Of a stretch of DNA of 64,000 nt, positions 42,499 through 53,440 are shown one piece after another (within the stretch, counting starts at the first letter, position 1; every line of letters starts with the position of its first letter). Origin of the DNA: Oceanispirochaeta sp. Its GTDB lineage: Bacteria; Spirochaetota; Spirochaetia; DSM-2461. The position numbers and the translations under genes are program-made. The stretch lies in NCBI GenBank assembly GCA_963666275.2, contig CAXXOA010000002.1, positions 1,472,001 through 1,536,000 on the forward strand, read 5' to 3'. The notes beneath the pieces are model-generated. The model was not told the origin of the DNA and searched no databases. It saw only the letters and a list, made by a program, of their open reading frames with translations.

Positions 42499-43323
42499 GT
42501 GGCTATTAAAACATATAACCCGAGAACACCGTCCCAGAGATACAGACAGAGTCTGACTTTTGATGATATTACACGGAGCACTCCTGAGAAATCACTGTCT
42601 TCTGGTAAATCATCCAAGGCTGGGCGTGGCGCCGGTGGACGCATCAGTGTTCGTCGTCGTGGTGGCGGTCATAAAAGAAAATACAGGGTCATTGACTTCA
42701 AGAGAGAAAAATTCGGGATCCCCGGAAAAGTTGCTCAGATTGAATACGATCCGAATAGAAGTGCCAACATCGCTCTGATTCACTATGTGGATGGAGAGAA
42801 AAGGTACATTATCTGTCCGAAAGGACTGAAAGTTGGAGATCAGGTTGTCAGCGGTGCTGATGCTCCTATCGAAGTTGGGAACGCCCTTCCTCTGGAGAAT
42901 ATTCCTGTAGGTCGTCTGGTGCACGCAGTAGAGCTTCAGCTCGGACGTGGTGCGCAGATGGTAAGAACGGCCGGTGGATCTGCTCTTATTGCTGCTAAGG
43001 AAGGAAAGTATGTTACTTTGAAAATGCCTTCCGGCGAGATGAGAATGGTTCTCAATAAATGTATGGCTACCATTGGTGAAGTCGGAAACGAGGATCACAT
43101 GAATGTGAAAGTCGGTAAAGCCGGTAGATCCAGATGGATGGGAAAAAGACCCAAAGTCCGGGGTGTTGTAATGAACCCGGTTGACCATCCCCATGGTGGT
43201 GGTGAGGGTAAAACTTCCGGTGGTCGTCATCCTGTGTCTCCCTGGGGTAAACCTACTAAAGGGTTTAAAACAAGAAGTAAACACAAGAGTTCTAACAAAT
43301 TTATTGTTAAGAGACGGAAGTAG
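42499..43323 (+). CDS. rplB: 50S ribosomal protein L2
   Basis: [25 protein letters not shown]. Confidence 0.99.
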   Translation: MAIKTYNPRTPSQRYRQSLTFDDITRSTPEKSLSSGKSSKAGRGAGGRISVRRRGGGHKRKYRVIDFKREKFGIPGKVAQIEYDPNRSANIALIHYVDGEKRYIICPKGLKVGDQVVSGADAPIEVGNALPLENIPVGRLVHAVELQLGRGAQMVRTAGGSALIAAKEGKYVTLKMPSGEMRMVLNKCMATIGEVGNEDHMNVKVGKAGRSRWMGKRPKVRGVVMNPVDHPHGGGEGKTSGGRHPVSPWGKPTKGFKTRSKHKSSNKFIVKRRK

Positions 43324-43332
43324 GAGTCAAGC

Positions 43333-43611
43333 GTGTCAAGATCTATTAAAAAAGGGCCGTTTATTGCTAAAAGTCTTTACAAGAAGGTTGTTGATCAGTC
43401 AAAAGCCGGTGGAAAAGGGATGATTAAAACTTTTTCCCGGACTTCAACAATCATTCCTGAGATGGTAGGTTTAACGGTTTCTGTATATAACGGTAAGACC
43501 TGGGTTCCTGTTTATGTGACTGAAAACCTTGTTGGTCATAAACTTGGTGAATTTGCTCCGACCAGACTGTTCCGAGGACATGCTGGTTCAGACAAAAAGT
43601 CAAAAAGGTAA
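43333..43611 (+). CDS. rpsS: 30S ribosomal protein S19
   Basis: [19 protein letters not shown]. Confidence 0.99.
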   Translation: MSRSIKKGPFIAKSLYKKVVDQSKAGGKGMIKTFSRTSTIIPEMVGLTVSVYNGKTWVPVYVTENLVGHKLGEFAPTRLFRGHAGSDKKSKR

Positions 43612-43619
43612 GGTGAGAA

Positions 43620-43982
43620 ATGGAAGCTAAGAAAGGATATAAAGCGATTGCTAAAAATCTGCCCATGTCACCCTCTAAAATAAGACCAATTGCAGACAAT
43701 GTCAGGAGAAAACCCTATGCGGATGCAATGGCAATTCTGGAAAACTATCCCAACAAAGGGGCTAAGTTCCTTAAGAAAGTAATCCAGTCTGCTGCTGCCA
43801 ATGCTCTCAACCAGAATAACATGCTGGATGAGGAATCTCTCTATATTAAAGAGCTTCTGATTGATGGTGGGCCCATTCAGAAAAGAATGTGGGCTCGTTC
43901 CAGAGGAAGAGCTGATAGATTGTTAAAGAGATCTTCGCATATCTCTGTTGTGGTTGAAGAATTAGGAAGTACGGGGGAATAA
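43620..43982 (+). CDS. rplV: 50S ribosomal protein L22
   Basis: SAAANA, RSRGRA, SHISVV. Confidence 0.98.
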   Translation: MEAKKGYKAIAKNLPMSPSKIRPIADNVRRKPYADAMAILENYPNKGAKFLKKVIQSAAANALNQNNMLDEESLYIKELLIDGGPIQKRMWARSRGRADRLLKRSSHISVVVEELGSTGE

Positions 43983-44684
43983 ATGGGACAGAAAGTCAAT
44001 CCTTACGGTCTCAGACTGGGAGTTAACAAAACCTGGAAATCTAAGTGGTATGTAGATCCCAGAGATTATGCTGATTCACTGCATGAAGATCTGGCTCTCA
44101 GAAAAGCTCTGATGGACAGTCCTGAAGCAAAAGGTGCAGAAATCGGCGATGTGGAAATTATCAGACAGCCCCAGCGGGTTACTATGATGATCTATACCGC
44201 AAGACCCGGTGTGATTATTGGTACAAAAGGTGCCAATATTGAAAAAATCGGTGCCAGACTTCAGAAGCTTACTGATAAAAAGATTCAGGTTAAGATCAAA
44301 GAAGTTAAAAAACCCGAAGCTGATGCACAGATCATTGCATTGAATGTTGCTCGTCAGCTCAAGGGAAGAGCCGCTTTCCGGAGAGTTCTGAAAATGACTG
44401 CCGGGAATGCTATGAAAGCTGGTGTAAAGGGAATCAAGATTAAAATTTCCGGAAGACTGGGCGGAGCAGAAATGGCACGTTCTCAGGAAGTAAAAGAGGG
44501 ACGTATTCCTCTTCACACTCTGAGAGCAGATATTGATTACGGTTTCGCTGAAGCTAATACCACTTTTGGTTTAATCGGTGTAAAAGTATGGGTTTTCAAA
44601 GGCGAAGTTTACGGTAATGAACAGAAAGATGACGCCGGCCTGCTTGTAAGTCGCAGTCAGCGTGACAAAGCTGGAAGGAGCTGA
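43983..44684 (+). CDS. rpsC: 30S ribosomal protein S3
   Basis: MGQKVNP, GRIPLHTLRADIDY. Confidence 0.99.
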   Translation: MGQKVNPYGLRLGVNKTWKSKWYVDPRDYADSLHEDLALRKALMDSPEAKGAEIGDVEIIRQPQRVTMMIYTARPGVIIGTKGANIEKIGARLQKLTDKKIQVKIKEVKKPEADAQIIALNVARQLKGRAAFRRVLKMTAGNAMKAGVKGIKIKISGRLGGAEMARSQEVKEGRIPLHTLRADIDYGFAEANTTFGLIGVKVWVFKGEVYGNEQKDDAGLLVSRSQRDKAGRS

Positions 44685-44688
44685 GTAG

Positions 44689-45102
44689 ATGCTGAGTCCT
44701 AAGAAAACAAAATACAGAAAACGCATGAGAGGCGTGATGAAGGGTAATGCAACCCGCTGTAACACCATCAACTTTGGTGAATGCGGTCTTGTTGCCCTTG
44801 ATACACATTGGATCACTGCTCGACAGATTGAAGCTGCCCGTATTGCAATGACCCGTCATATCAAGAGGGGTGGAAAAGTCTGGATCAGAATTTTCCCGGA
44901 TATTCCTTATACCAAAAAACCCGCTGAAACCAGAATGGGTAAAGGTAAAGGTAGCCCCGAAAAATGGGTTGCTGCGGTTAAACCGGGAACAGTAATGTTC
45001 GAAATCGCCGGTGTTGATATTGAACTTGCCAGAAGAGCTATGGAACTGGCTGGAAGTAAACTGCCTATCAAAACCAAGTTCGTAGCTAAGGAAGCGAGGT
45101 AG
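44689..45102 (+). CDS. rplP: 50S ribosomal protein L16
   Basis: RQIEAAR, RMGKGKG. Confidence 0.99.
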   Translation: MLSPKKTKYRKRMRGVMKGNATRCNTINFGECGLVALDTHWITARQIEAARIAMTRHIKRGGKVWIRIFPDIPYTKKPAETRMGKGKGSPEKWVAAVKPGTVMFEIAGVDIELARRAMELAGSKLPIKTKFVAKEAR

Positions 45103-45105
45103 TTT

Positions 45106-45306
45106 ATGAAGGAAAAATACAACGATCTGTCTGTTGAAGAGCTGAAAGCAAAGCGTGATGAGCTGAGCAAAAAGCTTCAGAAACTCAGATTTGATATGGT
45201 GCTGGGTCACGTTGAAAACCGCATGGAAAAGCGGAATCTGAGAAAAAGTGTTGCCCGCTTGAATACTATGATTCATGAGTCTGAACTCGGAATCAGAAAA
45301 GCTTAG
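45106..45306 (+). CDS. rpmC: 50S ribosomal protein L29
   Basis: LRF...RKSVARLNT; position in the S10 block. Confidence 0.96.
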   Translation: MKEKYNDLSVEELKAKRDELSKKLQKLRFDMVLGHVENRMEKRNLRKSVARLNTMIHESELGIRKA

Positions 45307-45314
45307 GGGAAGTC

Positions 45315-45584
45315 ATGGAAAAAGAGACATCCAAAAAGACTGGTAAGAAAGTCTTTACCGGCGTTGTAGTAAGTGACAAGATGGACAAGACTATTGTCGT
45401 TAAGATCACCACTAAGAAACTGCACCCGCTGTATAAGAAATATGTAACCAGTTCGGTTAAATATAAAGCACATGATGAGAAAAATGATGCTAATATTGGT
45501 GATACAGTCCGCATTAAAGAGTGCAGACCTGTAAGTAAAGATAAGTGCTGGGCTCTTACAGACGTTATAGAAAGAGCGAAATAA
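45315..45584 (+). CDS. rpsQ: 30S ribosomal protein S17
   Basis: [17 protein letters not shown]. Confidence 0.99.
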   Translation: MEKETSKKTGKKVFTGVVVSDKMDKTIVVKITTKKLHPLYKKYVTSSVKYKAHDEKNDANIGDTVRIKECRPVSKDKCWALTDVIERAK

Positions 45585-45599
45585 CACCGGAGGAAGGAA

Positions 45600-45968
45600 A
45601 TGGTTCAGGATAATACATATTTGAATGTTGCTGATAACTCTGGTGCTAAAAAAGTTCAGTGTATCAAGGTTCTCGGCGGAAGCAAGAGAAAATATGCCAG
45701 TGTTGGTGATATCATTGTGGTAGCAGTAAAAGATGCCCTTCCCAACGCACCTATTAAAAAAGGTGATGTTAAGAAGGCCGTTATTGTAAGAACACACAAA
45801 GAGTACAGAAGAATAGACGGGACTTATATCCGTTTCGATGATAACGCCTGTGTTATTATCGATGCCGGTAACAACCCTGTTGGTAAGCGTATCTTCGGAC
45901 CGGTTGCCCGTGAATTGAGAGATGGCGGTTTTATGAAAATTGTATCTCTGGCACCAGAAGTACTCTAG
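45600..45968 (+). CDS. rplN: 50S ribosomal protein L14
   Basis: [18 protein letters not shown]. Confidence 0.99.
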   Translation: MVQDNTYLNVADNSGAKKVQCIKVLGGSKRKYASVGDIIVVAVKDALPNAPIKKGDVKKAVIVRTHKEYRRIDGTYIRFDDNACVIIDAGNNPVGKRIFGPVARELRDGGFMKIVSLAPEVL

Positions 45969-45979
45969 GAGATATTGTG

Positions 45980-46297
45980 ATGGCAGATGTAAAATACAAG
46001 ATTAAAAAGGGCGACCAGGTCAAAATTATGGCTGGTAAAGACAGTGGTAAAACTGGTAGAGTCCTTAAGATTAATAGAGATACCGGGCGAGTTATCGTTG
46101 AAGGTCTTAATATGGTTAAAAAGGCTCAGAAGCCTAAAAGCCAGGGTGAAAAAGGCAGCATCATCGAGCTTGAAGCTCCCCTCAATATCTCTAATGTACA
46201 GGTTCTCTGTAAAAAATGCGGACCCACAAGGATCGGCATTAAAGTAGACGGAGATAGTAAAGTTCGAATTTGCAGAAAATGTGGGGAATCCTTATAA
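45980..46297 (+). CDS. rplX: 50S ribosomal protein L24
   Basis: [18 protein letters not shown] motif. Confidence 0.98.
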   Translation: MADVKYKIKKGDQVKIMAGKDSGKTGRVLKINRDTGRVIVEGLNMVKKAQKPKSQGEKGSIIELEAPLNISNVQVLCKKCGPTRIGIKVDGDSKVRICRKCGESL

Positions 46298-46848
46298 TGG
46301 CTGGATACGTACCAAGATTAAAAACTGCTTATAATGACAAGATTGCTCAGGAACTGTTCACTGAATTTGGATACAAATCCAAAATGCAGATTCCTAAAGT
46401 AGAGAAAATTGTTGTCAGCATGGGAGTTGGAGAAGCGATTACCAACAAAAAGCTGCTGGATGCTGCTGTAGAAGAACTTGGTCTGATCACCGGACAGAAG
46501 GTTTTGAAAACCAAGGCAAGAAAATCAATTGCCGGTTTTAAAATCCGTGAAGGTCAGGAAATCGGAGCAAAAGTTACCCTCAGAGGCGAAAAGATGTATG
46601 AGTTTCTTGATAGACTCATCAACATTTCTCTTCCCCGTGTAAAAGACTTCAGGGGAATCAATCCTAAAGCTTTTGATGGTAGAGGAAACTATTCACTCGG
46701 AATTACTGAGCAGATTATCTTTCCTGAAATTGATTATGATAAGATTGAACAGATCAACGGTCTGAATGTGGCCATTGTAACTACGGCGAAAACGGATGAC
46801 GAGGCCAGATCTCTGCTGGCTAAGTTCGGGATGCCTTTCAGTAAATAG
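46297..46848 (+). CDS. rplE: 50S ribosomal protein L5
   Basis: [16 protein letters not shown]; start ATG overlaps the rplX stop. Confidence 0.99.
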   Translation: MAGYVPRLKTAYNDKIAQELFTEFGYKSKMQIPKVEKIVVSMGVGEAITNKKLLDAAVEELGLITGQKVLKTKARKSIAGFKIREGQEIGAKVTLRGEKMYEFLDRLINISLPRVKDFRGINPKAFDGRGNYSLGITEQIIFPEIDYDKIEQINGLNVAIVTTAKTDDEARSLLAKFGMPFSK

Positions 46849-46858
46849 GAGTTTATAG

Positions 46859-47044
46859 ATGGCAAAGAAATCCATGATCGTTAAATCCCAGAGAAAACCC
46901 AAATTCAGCACCAGACAGTATAACAGGTGCCGTGTTTGCGGAAGACCTCGGGGATATATGAGAAAATTTCAGATGTGTAGAATCTGCTTTCGTAAGCTTG
47001 CTAATGAAGGTATGATTCCCGGCGTCACCAAATCAAGCTGGTAG
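46859..47044 (+). CDS. rpsN: 30S ribosomal protein S14, type Z (Zn-binding, 61 aa)
   Basis: RCRVCGR...CRICFR...GVTKSSW. Confidence 0.99.
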   Translation: MAKKSMIVKSQRKPKFSTRQYNRCRVCGRPRGYMRKFQMCRICFRKLANEGMIPGVTKSSW

Positions 47045-47053
47045 GAGAGTGTA

Positions 47054-47452
47054 ATGAGTATTTCAGATCCTGTAGCGGATATGCTCACAAAAATTAGAAA
47101 TGCCAGCAAGGCAAACTTTGAGAAGGTGGATATAACTCCTTCTAAGCTGAAGCTGGAAATTATAAAGATTTTGAAGAATGAAGGTTTCATCAAAAACTTC
47201 AAGAAAGTTACACAGGATGACAAAAGTGTTATTCGTGTTTTCCTGAAATATGATGAAAAAGAAAATGCTATCATTCATGGTATTAAGTCTGTTTCCACAC
47301 CCGGAAGGCGTGTATACACAGGTTACAGAGAAATGCCTCGTGTAATGAATGGTTTCGGAACTCTGATTGTCTCTACTTCTACCGGTGTTACCACTGGTAA
47401 AAAAGCGACTTTGAATAAAGTCGGTGGAGAAATTATCTGTCAGATCTGGTAA
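47054..47452 (+). CDS. rpsH: 30S ribosomal protein S8
   Basis: [21 protein letters not shown]. Confidence 0.99.
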   Translation: MSISDPVADMLTKIRNASKANFEKVDITPSKLKLEIIKILKNEGFIKNFKKVTQDDKSVIRVFLKYDEKENAIIHGIKSVSTPGRRVYTGYREMPRVMNGFGTLIVSTSTGVTTGKKATLNKVGGEIICQIW

Positions 47453-47464
47453 GGGGAAGGTTAG

Positions 47465-48001
47465 ATGTCTCGAATTGGTTTAAAACCTGTAGCAGTCCCT
47501 ACCGGGGTTACTGTAACAGTTAAAGACAATGAGCTGACTGTAAAAGGTGCTAAAGGGGAGCTGAAACAGACTTTCCTTCCTGAAGTCAGTTTTGATATCA
47601 AAGACGGTGAAGTGGTTGTAAGCAGAAAGGATGATTCCAAGAGAGCTAAATCCATGCATGGTCTTTATAGAAAGCTTCTCGCCAATATGGTTGAGGGCGT
47701 TAGCAGCGGTTTCAGTAAAGCTCTTCTGATCAACGGAGTTGGTTACAGAGCGGAAGTCAGTGGAAAGAGCGTTTTGTTCAATCTTGGTTTTTCAACTCAG
47801 ATCGAATATGTTCTTCCCGAAGGCATTACTGCCGCAGTTGAGGGAAACAAAGTAACAGTTTCCGGGATCAGCAAAGAAGTCGTAGGACTTGCTGCCAGTG
47901 AGATTCGCGGTCTCAGACCGCCCGAACCTTACAAAGGTAAAGGTATCAAGTACGAAACTGAACATATCAGACGTAAAGTCGGTAAATCCGGTGTTAAGTA
48001 G
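47465..48001 (+). CDS. rplF: 50S ribosomal protein L6
   Basis: MSRIG, RPPEPYKGKGI. Confidence 0.99.
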   Translation: MSRIGLKPVAVPTGVTVTVKDNELTVKGAKGELKQTFLPEVSFDIKDGEVVVSRKDDSKRAKSMHGLYRKLLANMVEGVSSGFSKALLINGVGYRAEVSGKSVLFNLGFSTQIEYVLPEGITAAVEGNKVTVSGISKEVVGLAASEIRGLRPPEPYKGKGIKYETEHIRRKVGKSGVK

Positions 48002-48011
48002 GTTGTAGAGT

Positions 48012-48371
48012 ATGGATAGGATTAAACAGAAGCAGGCTAAAAGACTGCAGAGAAAAAAACATGTCCGGAAAAGAATCTCCGGTACCGCTGAAAGACCTCG
48101 TCTGACTGTATTCAAGAGTAACAAAAACCTCAGCGTTCAGGTTATTGATGATTTAAAAGGTCATACTCTTGTTAGTGCATCAACTCTGGAAAAGGATCTC
48201 TCCGAAATCAAGGTAAATGTTGAGGGCGGAGCGAAACTTGGGAAAGTTGTTGGAGAAAGGCTGAAGGCAGCTAACATCAGTACAATCGTATTCGATAGAA
48301 ACGGTTACATGTACCACGGTGTTATCAAAGCTATAGCCGAGGCCGCCAGAGAAGAAGGCATTCAGTTTTAA
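48012..48371 (+). CDS. rplR: 50S ribosomal protein L18
   Basis: RPRLTVFKSN, FDRNGYMYHG. Confidence 0.99.
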   Translation: MDRIKQKQAKRLQRKKHVRKRISGTAERPRLTVFKSNKNLSVQVIDDLKGHTLVSASTLEKDLSEIKVNVEGGAKLGKVVGERLKAANISTIVFDRNGYMYHGVIKAIAEAAREEGIQF

Positions 48372-48382
48372 GAGGTTGATGT

Positions 48383-48889
48383 ATGGCGTTTAAAGAAAGA
48401 AACAAAGAAGAGAAAGAATTTACAGAAAAGCTCATCAGACTGAACAGGGTTTCTAAAGCAGTAAAGGGTGGACGGAAGATGTCTTTCTCTGCTCTTATTG
48501 TAGTTGGAGATGGTAAAGGAAGAGTGGGATTCGGTTTCGGAAAGGCCAATGATGTAGCCGAAGCAATTCGGAAAAGTGTTGAAAAGGCAAAAAAGAACCT
48601 TATTACTGTTCCTCTCAAAAACAATACCATTCCCCATGAAATCCTGGGTAATTTCAAGAGTGCTTCGGTTCTGTTGAAACCAGCTGCACCCGGTACCGGT
48701 ATTATTGCCGGTGGACCTGTACGTGCGGTAATGGAAGCCGTTGGAATACATGATATTCTGGCAAAATCTCTCGGTTCCAAAAACACAATGAATATTGTTA
48801 AAAGTGTTTTTGACGGACTTGAGAATATTTTTGATGCCAGAGAGCTTGCCGCTGGTCGCGGTAAATCCATAAATGAGTTGTGGGGTTGA
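48383..48889 (+). CDS. rpsE: 30S ribosomal protein S5
   Basis: [14 protein letters not shown]. Confidence 0.99.
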   Translation: MAFKERNKEEKEFTEKLIRLNRVSKAVKGGRKMSFSALIVVGDGKGRVGFGFGKANDVAEAIRKSVEKAKKNLITVPLKNNTIPHEILGNFKSASVLLKPAAPGTGIIAGGPVRAVMEAVGIHDILAKSLGSKNTMNIVKSVFDGLENIFDARELAAGRGKSINELWG

Positions 48890-48890
48890 T

Positions 48891-49085
48891 ATGGCAGCTA
48901 AAGCTAAAATGATTCGGGTAAAGCTCGTTCGTAGTACAATTGGCCGCAAACCGGAGCAGAGAAAGACTGCTAAAGCACTCGGACTCGGAAAGCTCAATTC
49001 TGTAGTGGAAAAAGTAGCAAACCCCGCTGTTCTGGGTATGGTTGAGTCAATTTCACATCTGGTGGAAGTTGAGGAGATTAACTAG
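48891..49085 (+). CDS. rpmD: 50S ribosomal protein L30
   Basis: LVRSTIG...ALGL...HLVEVEE. Confidence 0.97.
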   Translation: MAAKAKMIRVKLVRSTIGRKPEQRKTAKALGLGKLNSVVEKVANPAVLGMVESISHLVEVEEIN

Positions 49086-49087
49086 TT

Positions 49088-49549
49088 ATGAGCAGTATTG
49101 AACTGAAAGCTCCTGCGGGAGCCAATAGGAACAAAAAAGTACTGGGCCGCGGACATGGTGCCGGTACCGGAAAAACTTCCGGTAAAGGTCACAAAGGTCA
49201 GAAAGCCCGTTCCGGTGGAAATGTAAGACCCGGATTTGAGGGTGGACAGATGCCTCTGTATCGTCGTGTTGCGGCGAGAGGTTTCTCCAACCATCCTTTT
49301 AAGAAGGTATTCGTTCCTGTAAATCTTTCTCTTCTTGAGAAAAACTACAGCGACGGGGAAGTTGTTTCTCTGGAAACACTGATTGAAAAAGGATTGATTA
49401 AAAAATCCGAAACAGAAGTGAAAATCCTGGGGAACGGAGAACTTTCCAAGAAACTGGAAGTTCAGGTTGGTAAGGTTTCTGCTGGTGCGGTACAGAAAAT
49501 TGAAAAAGCCGGTGGTAAAGTCGCAGTAAAAGAATCCGTACAGGAATAG
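49088..49549 (+). CDS. rplO: 50S ribosomal protein L15
   Basis: GHKGQKARSG, GFEGGQMPL. Confidence 0.99.
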   Translation: MSSIELKAPAGANRNKKVLGRGHGAGTGKTSGKGHKGQKARSGGNVRPGFEGGQMPLYRRVAARGFSNHPFKKVFVPVNLSLLEKNYSDGEVVSLETLIEKGLIKKSETEVKILGNGELSKKLEVQVGKVSAGAVQKIEKAGGKVAVKESVQE

Positions 49550-49559
49550 TTGGTAATAT

Positions 49560-50891
49560 ATGGCAGGTAATCCACTTTACGACATGTTTAGAATAAGAGA
49601 GTTAAGATTTAAAATTTTCTTTACTCTCGGTATGCTGATCATCTTCAGGCTAGGTGCTATATTGCCTATTCCCGGTATTGATGCCTCTGCATTGAGTCTT
49701 TATTTTTTGAATCAGGCATCTACCGGTGCCGGAATGGGTATAACCGAGTATCTGGATTTCTTTGCCGGTGGTGCATTTAAGAATTTTTCAATCTTTATGC
49801 TCGGTATTATGCCGTACATTTCCATGTCTATTATCATGCAGCTTCTGCTGCTGGTGTTTCCGCAGTTGAAAAAGATTTCGGAAGAAGACGGGGGAAAGAA
49901 GAAAATTCAAAAGTTAATTCGCTATGGAACAGTCGTGGTATGTATTATTCAGTCTTATGCTGTTACAGTATATGCCAGCAGAATACCTGATGCGATTATC
50001 CCGTCAATGGTCGGTTGGAAATACACAGTTGTTGCCATGCTGACCGTAACAACAGGAACAATGTTCCTGATGTGGATTGGCGAACAGATCAATGCCCGTG
50101 GAATTGGAAACGGTATATCCCTTCTGATTTTTGCTGGTATTGTTGCTAGAATGCCTGGTGCATTCAATATTCTGGGGACAGAAATCCGTAATGGAGATCT
50201 GAACCCTGTATTTGTAATTTTTGCACTGCTTATGTTTGTTGGAATCATTATGCTGGTGATCTACGAACAGCAGGGACAAAGAAAAATACCCGTTAATTAC
50301 GCAAAAAGAATTGTCGGACGCAGGATCTATGGGGCACAGAATACTTATATCCCCATTAAAATAAATCCAAGTGGAGTTATTCCTGTAATTTTTGCATCAT
50401 CAATACTGACATTTCCGCTGCAGATTGCCGGGGCATTAGGAAGCAGCAGTAAAGCATGGTCTCAGATTGCCAGTTGGTTACGACCCAACGGCGCCCCCTA
50501 CCTTGTTTTATATGCGCTGTTAATCATCTTTTTTGCTTACTTTTATACACAGGTTTCTATGAATCCTATTGAAATTGCTAGGCAAATAAGAGAAAATGGC
50601 GGTTCAATACCTGGTATCCGTTCCGAAAACATGGAAGATTATCTGACTAGAGTTCTCAATCGGATTGTACTTCCCGGAGCAATTTTCCTGGCATTGATAG
50701 CATTGATCCCTTCATTTATTATTAACCTGTTTGGTTTTCCAAGCCAGGTAGCATATCTGATGGGCGGTACATCGTTGTTGATCATGGTGGGTGTAGACCT
50801 GGATACCATGTCCCAGATTGAAGGTCATCTTAAGATGCATCATCATGACGGTCTAGTGAAACGCGGTAAACTGAGAACAAGAAACCTATAA
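49560..50891 (+). CDS. secY: Preprotein translocase subunit SecY
   Basis: [29 protein letters not shown]. Confidence 0.99.
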   Translation: MAGNPLYDMFRIRELRFKIFFTLGMLIIFRLGAILPIPGIDASALSLYFLNQASTGAGMGITEYLDFFAGGAFKNFSIFMLGIMPYISMSIIMQLLLLVFPQLKKISEEDGGKKKIQKLIRYGTVVVCIIQSYAVTVYASRIPDAIIPSMVGWKYTVVAMLTVTTGTMFLMWIGEQINARGIGNGISLLIFAGIVARMPGAFNILGTEIRNGDLNPVFVIFALLMFVGIIMLVIYEQQGQRKIPVNYAKRIVGRRIYGAQNTYIPIKINPSGVIPVIFASSILTFPLQIAGALGSSSKAWSQIASWLRPNGAPYLVLYALLIIFFAYFYTQVSMNPIEIARQIRENGGSIPGIRSENMEDYLTRVLNRIVLPGAIFLALIALIPSFIINLFGFPSQVAYLMGGTSLLIMVGVDLDTMSQIEGHLKMHHHDGLVKRGKLRTRNL

Positions 50892-50902
50892 GAGGTATAA
50901 CA

Positions 50903-51016
50903 ATGAAAGTTAGAGCAAGTGTTAAACCAATTTGCGATAAGTGTAAGGTTATCAGGAGAAGGGGTGTCCTGAGAATCGTTTGTGAAAACCCGAAACATAA
51001 ACAGAGACAAAAGTAG
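50903..51016 (+). CDS. rpmJ: 50S ribosomal protein L36 (37 aa, below ORF-track cutoff)
   Basis: Manual translation [37 protein letters not shown]. Confidence 0.98.
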   Translation: MKVRASVKPICDKCKVIRRRGVLRIVCENPKHKQRQK

Positions 51017-51027
51017 GAGGAACTTAA

Positions 51028-51393
51028 GTGGCTCGTATTGCAGGTATAGATCTGCCTAATAAGCATACCGATATTGCACTTACCTATATTTTTGGTATAG
51101 GAAGAACTTCTGCTAAAGAAATCTGTGCAAAAACCGGTGTTGATCCTGAAAAAAGAATCAACGAATTAACAGCTGACGAAGTAAATGAACTGAGAAAGCT
51201 GATTGAAAGTGAATATAAAGTGGAAGGTCGTCTGAGATCTGAAGTTGCTCTTAATATTAAGAGGCTTATGGATATCGGATGCTACCGGGGTCTTCGCCAC
51301 CGGAGAGGTCTGCCCGTAAATGGACAGAGAACCAAGACAAATGCCCGTACCAGAAAGGGTAAAGTAAAAACCGTCGCTAAGAAAAAGAAGTAG
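51028..51393 (+). CDS. rpsM: 30S ribosomal protein S13
   Basis: [17 protein letters not shown]. Confidence 0.99.
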   Translation: MARIAGIDLPNKHTDIALTYIFGIGRTSAKEICAKTGVDPEKRINELTADEVNELRKLIESEYKVEGRLRSEVALNIKRLMDIGCYRGLRHRRGLPVNGQRTKTNARTRKGKVKTVAKKKK

Positions 51394-51414
51394 AACGGTT
51401 GGAGGTTTTTGAAA

Positions 51415-51795
51415 TTGGCTAAGGCAAAAAAAAGAAAAGATAAAAAGAGTGTTTATGAAGGGAATGTCTATATTCAGGCTACCTTCAATAATACAATTGT
51501 AACAATTACCGATCTTAAAGGTAATGCCATTTCCTGGAGTAGTGCAGGTTCTCTCGGGTTCAAAGGAGCTAAAAAATCAACTCCTTATGCTGCTCAGACT
51601 ACTGCTGAAACTGCTGCTAACAGAGCATTGGATTTTGGTCTTCAGGAAGTTAATGTATACGTAAAAGGACCTGGTGTTGGTAGAGAATCAGCAATCAGAT
51701 CCCTTGGAGGTCTCGGCCTTAGAGTAAAATCCATCAAGGATATTACGCCGATCCCCCATAACGGATGCAGACCTAAAAAGAGCAGAAGAGTCTAA
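51415..51795 (+). CDS. rpsK: 30S ribosomal protein S11
   Basis: [20 protein letters not shown] 51415 is best spaced from GGAGG. Confidence 0.98.
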   Translation: MAKAKKRKDKKSVYEGNVYIQATFNNTIVTITDLKGNAISWSSAGSLGFKGAKKSTPYAAQTTAETAANRALDFGLQEVNVYVKGPGVGRESAIRSLGGLGLRVKSIKDITPIPHNGCRPKKSRRV

Positions 51796-51879
51796 TTGTT
51801 TTAAAGTGATAGCAGGGTGTTTTTACTGAATAGTTTCAGGTAAACCAGCAGGATCGCTTATTCTTAGTAAGGAGCAGAA

Positions 51880-52920
51880 ATGGCACGTAAAAACCTGTTA
51901 AAGGGATTTAAACGACCAAAGGGTATCACCTTTGAACATGGTGAACAGGAATCAAATTACGGAAAGTTTATAGCTTATCCTTTTGAAAGGGGATATGGTG
52001 CAACAATAGGGAATTCTCTGCGCCGGATCCTGTTGTCTTCCATTCAGGGATATGCTGTAACCGCAGTCAGAGTAACCAGCTTTAACAAAGACGGTAACTC
52101 TCATGTAATTACCAGTGAATTTGAACCAATACCTGAGGTTGTTGAAGATACTCCCGAGTTTATTAGTAATTTAAAATCTCTGCAATTAAGCCTGCCGGAA
52201 GACATTGAAGAAAAAACCATCCTCATCGAATGGAAAGGCGGCGGTAATTTAACCGGTGCTGATCTTGAGAAAGATGGAGTGGTTGTTACCAATAAAGATC
52301 TTCAGCTGTGTACAATGATGGATAATGCTGATCTGGAAATTGAAATCCAGATTGATCTGGGACGTGGATACGTTCCTTCTGAGCTTAATGAGAAATATAT
52401 TGATGTTGTAGGTACCATACCTGTGGATTCAATTTTTTCACCCATCAAAAAAGTACGTTACGAAGTGGAAAATACCCGTGTAGGTCAGAGATCAGATTAT
52501 GATAAACTGATCCTGGAAATCTGGACTGACGGTACCATTTCTCCTGAAGATGCTCTGGCTGAATCAGCTAAAATTGCAAAAGATCATTTCACCATTTTTA
52601 TAAACTTCGATGAAGATGACGTTATCGGTGATGATGAGGTTGATGAGGAAGAAGAGAGAATCAAAGCTCTTCTTGACACTCCGGTAGAAGAATTGGAGTT
52701 GTCTGTACGTTCAAGTAATTGTTTGAAGAATGCTAATATAAAGACCATTGGTGATCTGACTAGGAGAACCGAAGAAGACATTGCAAAAACCAGGAATTTT
52801 GGTAAAAAATCTCTGATGGAAATCAAAGAAAAGCTGAAAGAATGGAATCTGTCTCTTGGAATGGTTGATTACAGCGTTTTAAAGAAAACAATTAAACTTG
52901 AGAATAATAAGGAAGAATAG
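51880..52920 (+). CDS. rpoA: RNA polymerase alpha subunit
   Basis: [30 protein letters not shown]. Confidence 0.99.
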   Translation: MARKNLLKGFKRPKGITFEHGEQESNYGKFIAYPFERGYGATIGNSLRRILLSSIQGYAVTAVRVTSFNKDGNSHVITSEFEPIPEVVEDTPEFISNLKSLQLSLPEDIEEKTILIEWKGGGNLTGADLEKDGVVVTNKDLQLCTMMDNADLEIEIQIDLGRGYVPSELNEKYIDVVGTIPVDSIFSPIKKVRYEVENTRVGQRSDYDKLILEIWTDGTISPEDALAESAKIAKDHFTIFINFDEDDVIGDDEVDEEEERIKALLDTPVEELELSVRSSNCLKNANIKTIGDLTRRTEEDIAKTRNFGKKSLMEIKEKLKEWNLSLGMVDYSVLKKTIKLENNKEE

Positions 52921-52922
52921 TC

Positions 52923-53339
52923 ATGCATAATCGAATCGGTTTTAACAGACTTGGAAGAAAAGCCAGTCACAGAAAAGCCCTTCACAGAAACATGGTTACT
53001 TCTCTGTTTAAATATGAGAGGATTAAAACCACCAAAGCCAAGGCAATGGAAATCAGAAGAACTGCTGAGAAGATGATTACCAGAGCCAAAGTTGATTCTG
53101 TGCATAATCGAAGAATTGTTGCAAAAGCAATCTCTGACAAGGATATTCTTAATAAACTTTTTACAGAAATTGCTCCCCGTTTTACAGAAAGACCCGGTGG
53201 TTATACCAGGGTTCTTAAAATGGGAAATCGTCAGGGAGACGCTGCAGAAGTAGTACTTCTTGAGCTTGTAGAAAAAGCTGGAGCAGATGAAAAACCTGCT
53301 AAGAAAGCAGCTAAAAAAGAAGCAGCAGAAACTGAATAA
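52923..53339 (+). CDS. rplQ: 50S ribosomal protein L17
   Basis: [15 protein letters not shown]. Confidence 0.99.
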   Translation: MHNRIGFNRLGRKASHRKALHRNMVTSLFKYERIKTTKAKAMEIRRTAEKMITRAKVDSVHNRRIVAKAISDKDILNKLFTEIAPRFTERPGGYTRVLKMGNRQGDAAEVVLLELVEKAGADEKPAKKAAKKEAAETE

Positions 53340-53383
53340 TAAAACAATTTACTAAGGTAAAGGTTTTAGGACTTCGATAATAG

Positions 53384-53428
53384 TAAGGAAGGTCTCTCCT
53401 TTTGAGGAGAAATCTTCCTTATTTTTTT
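53384..53428 (+). terminator. Intrinsic terminator of the ribosomal supercluster
   Basis: TAAGGAAG..TCTCCT / AGGAGA..CTTCCTTA stem followed by T7. Confidence 0.85.
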
Positions 53429-53440
53429 GGGGAAAGCTGG

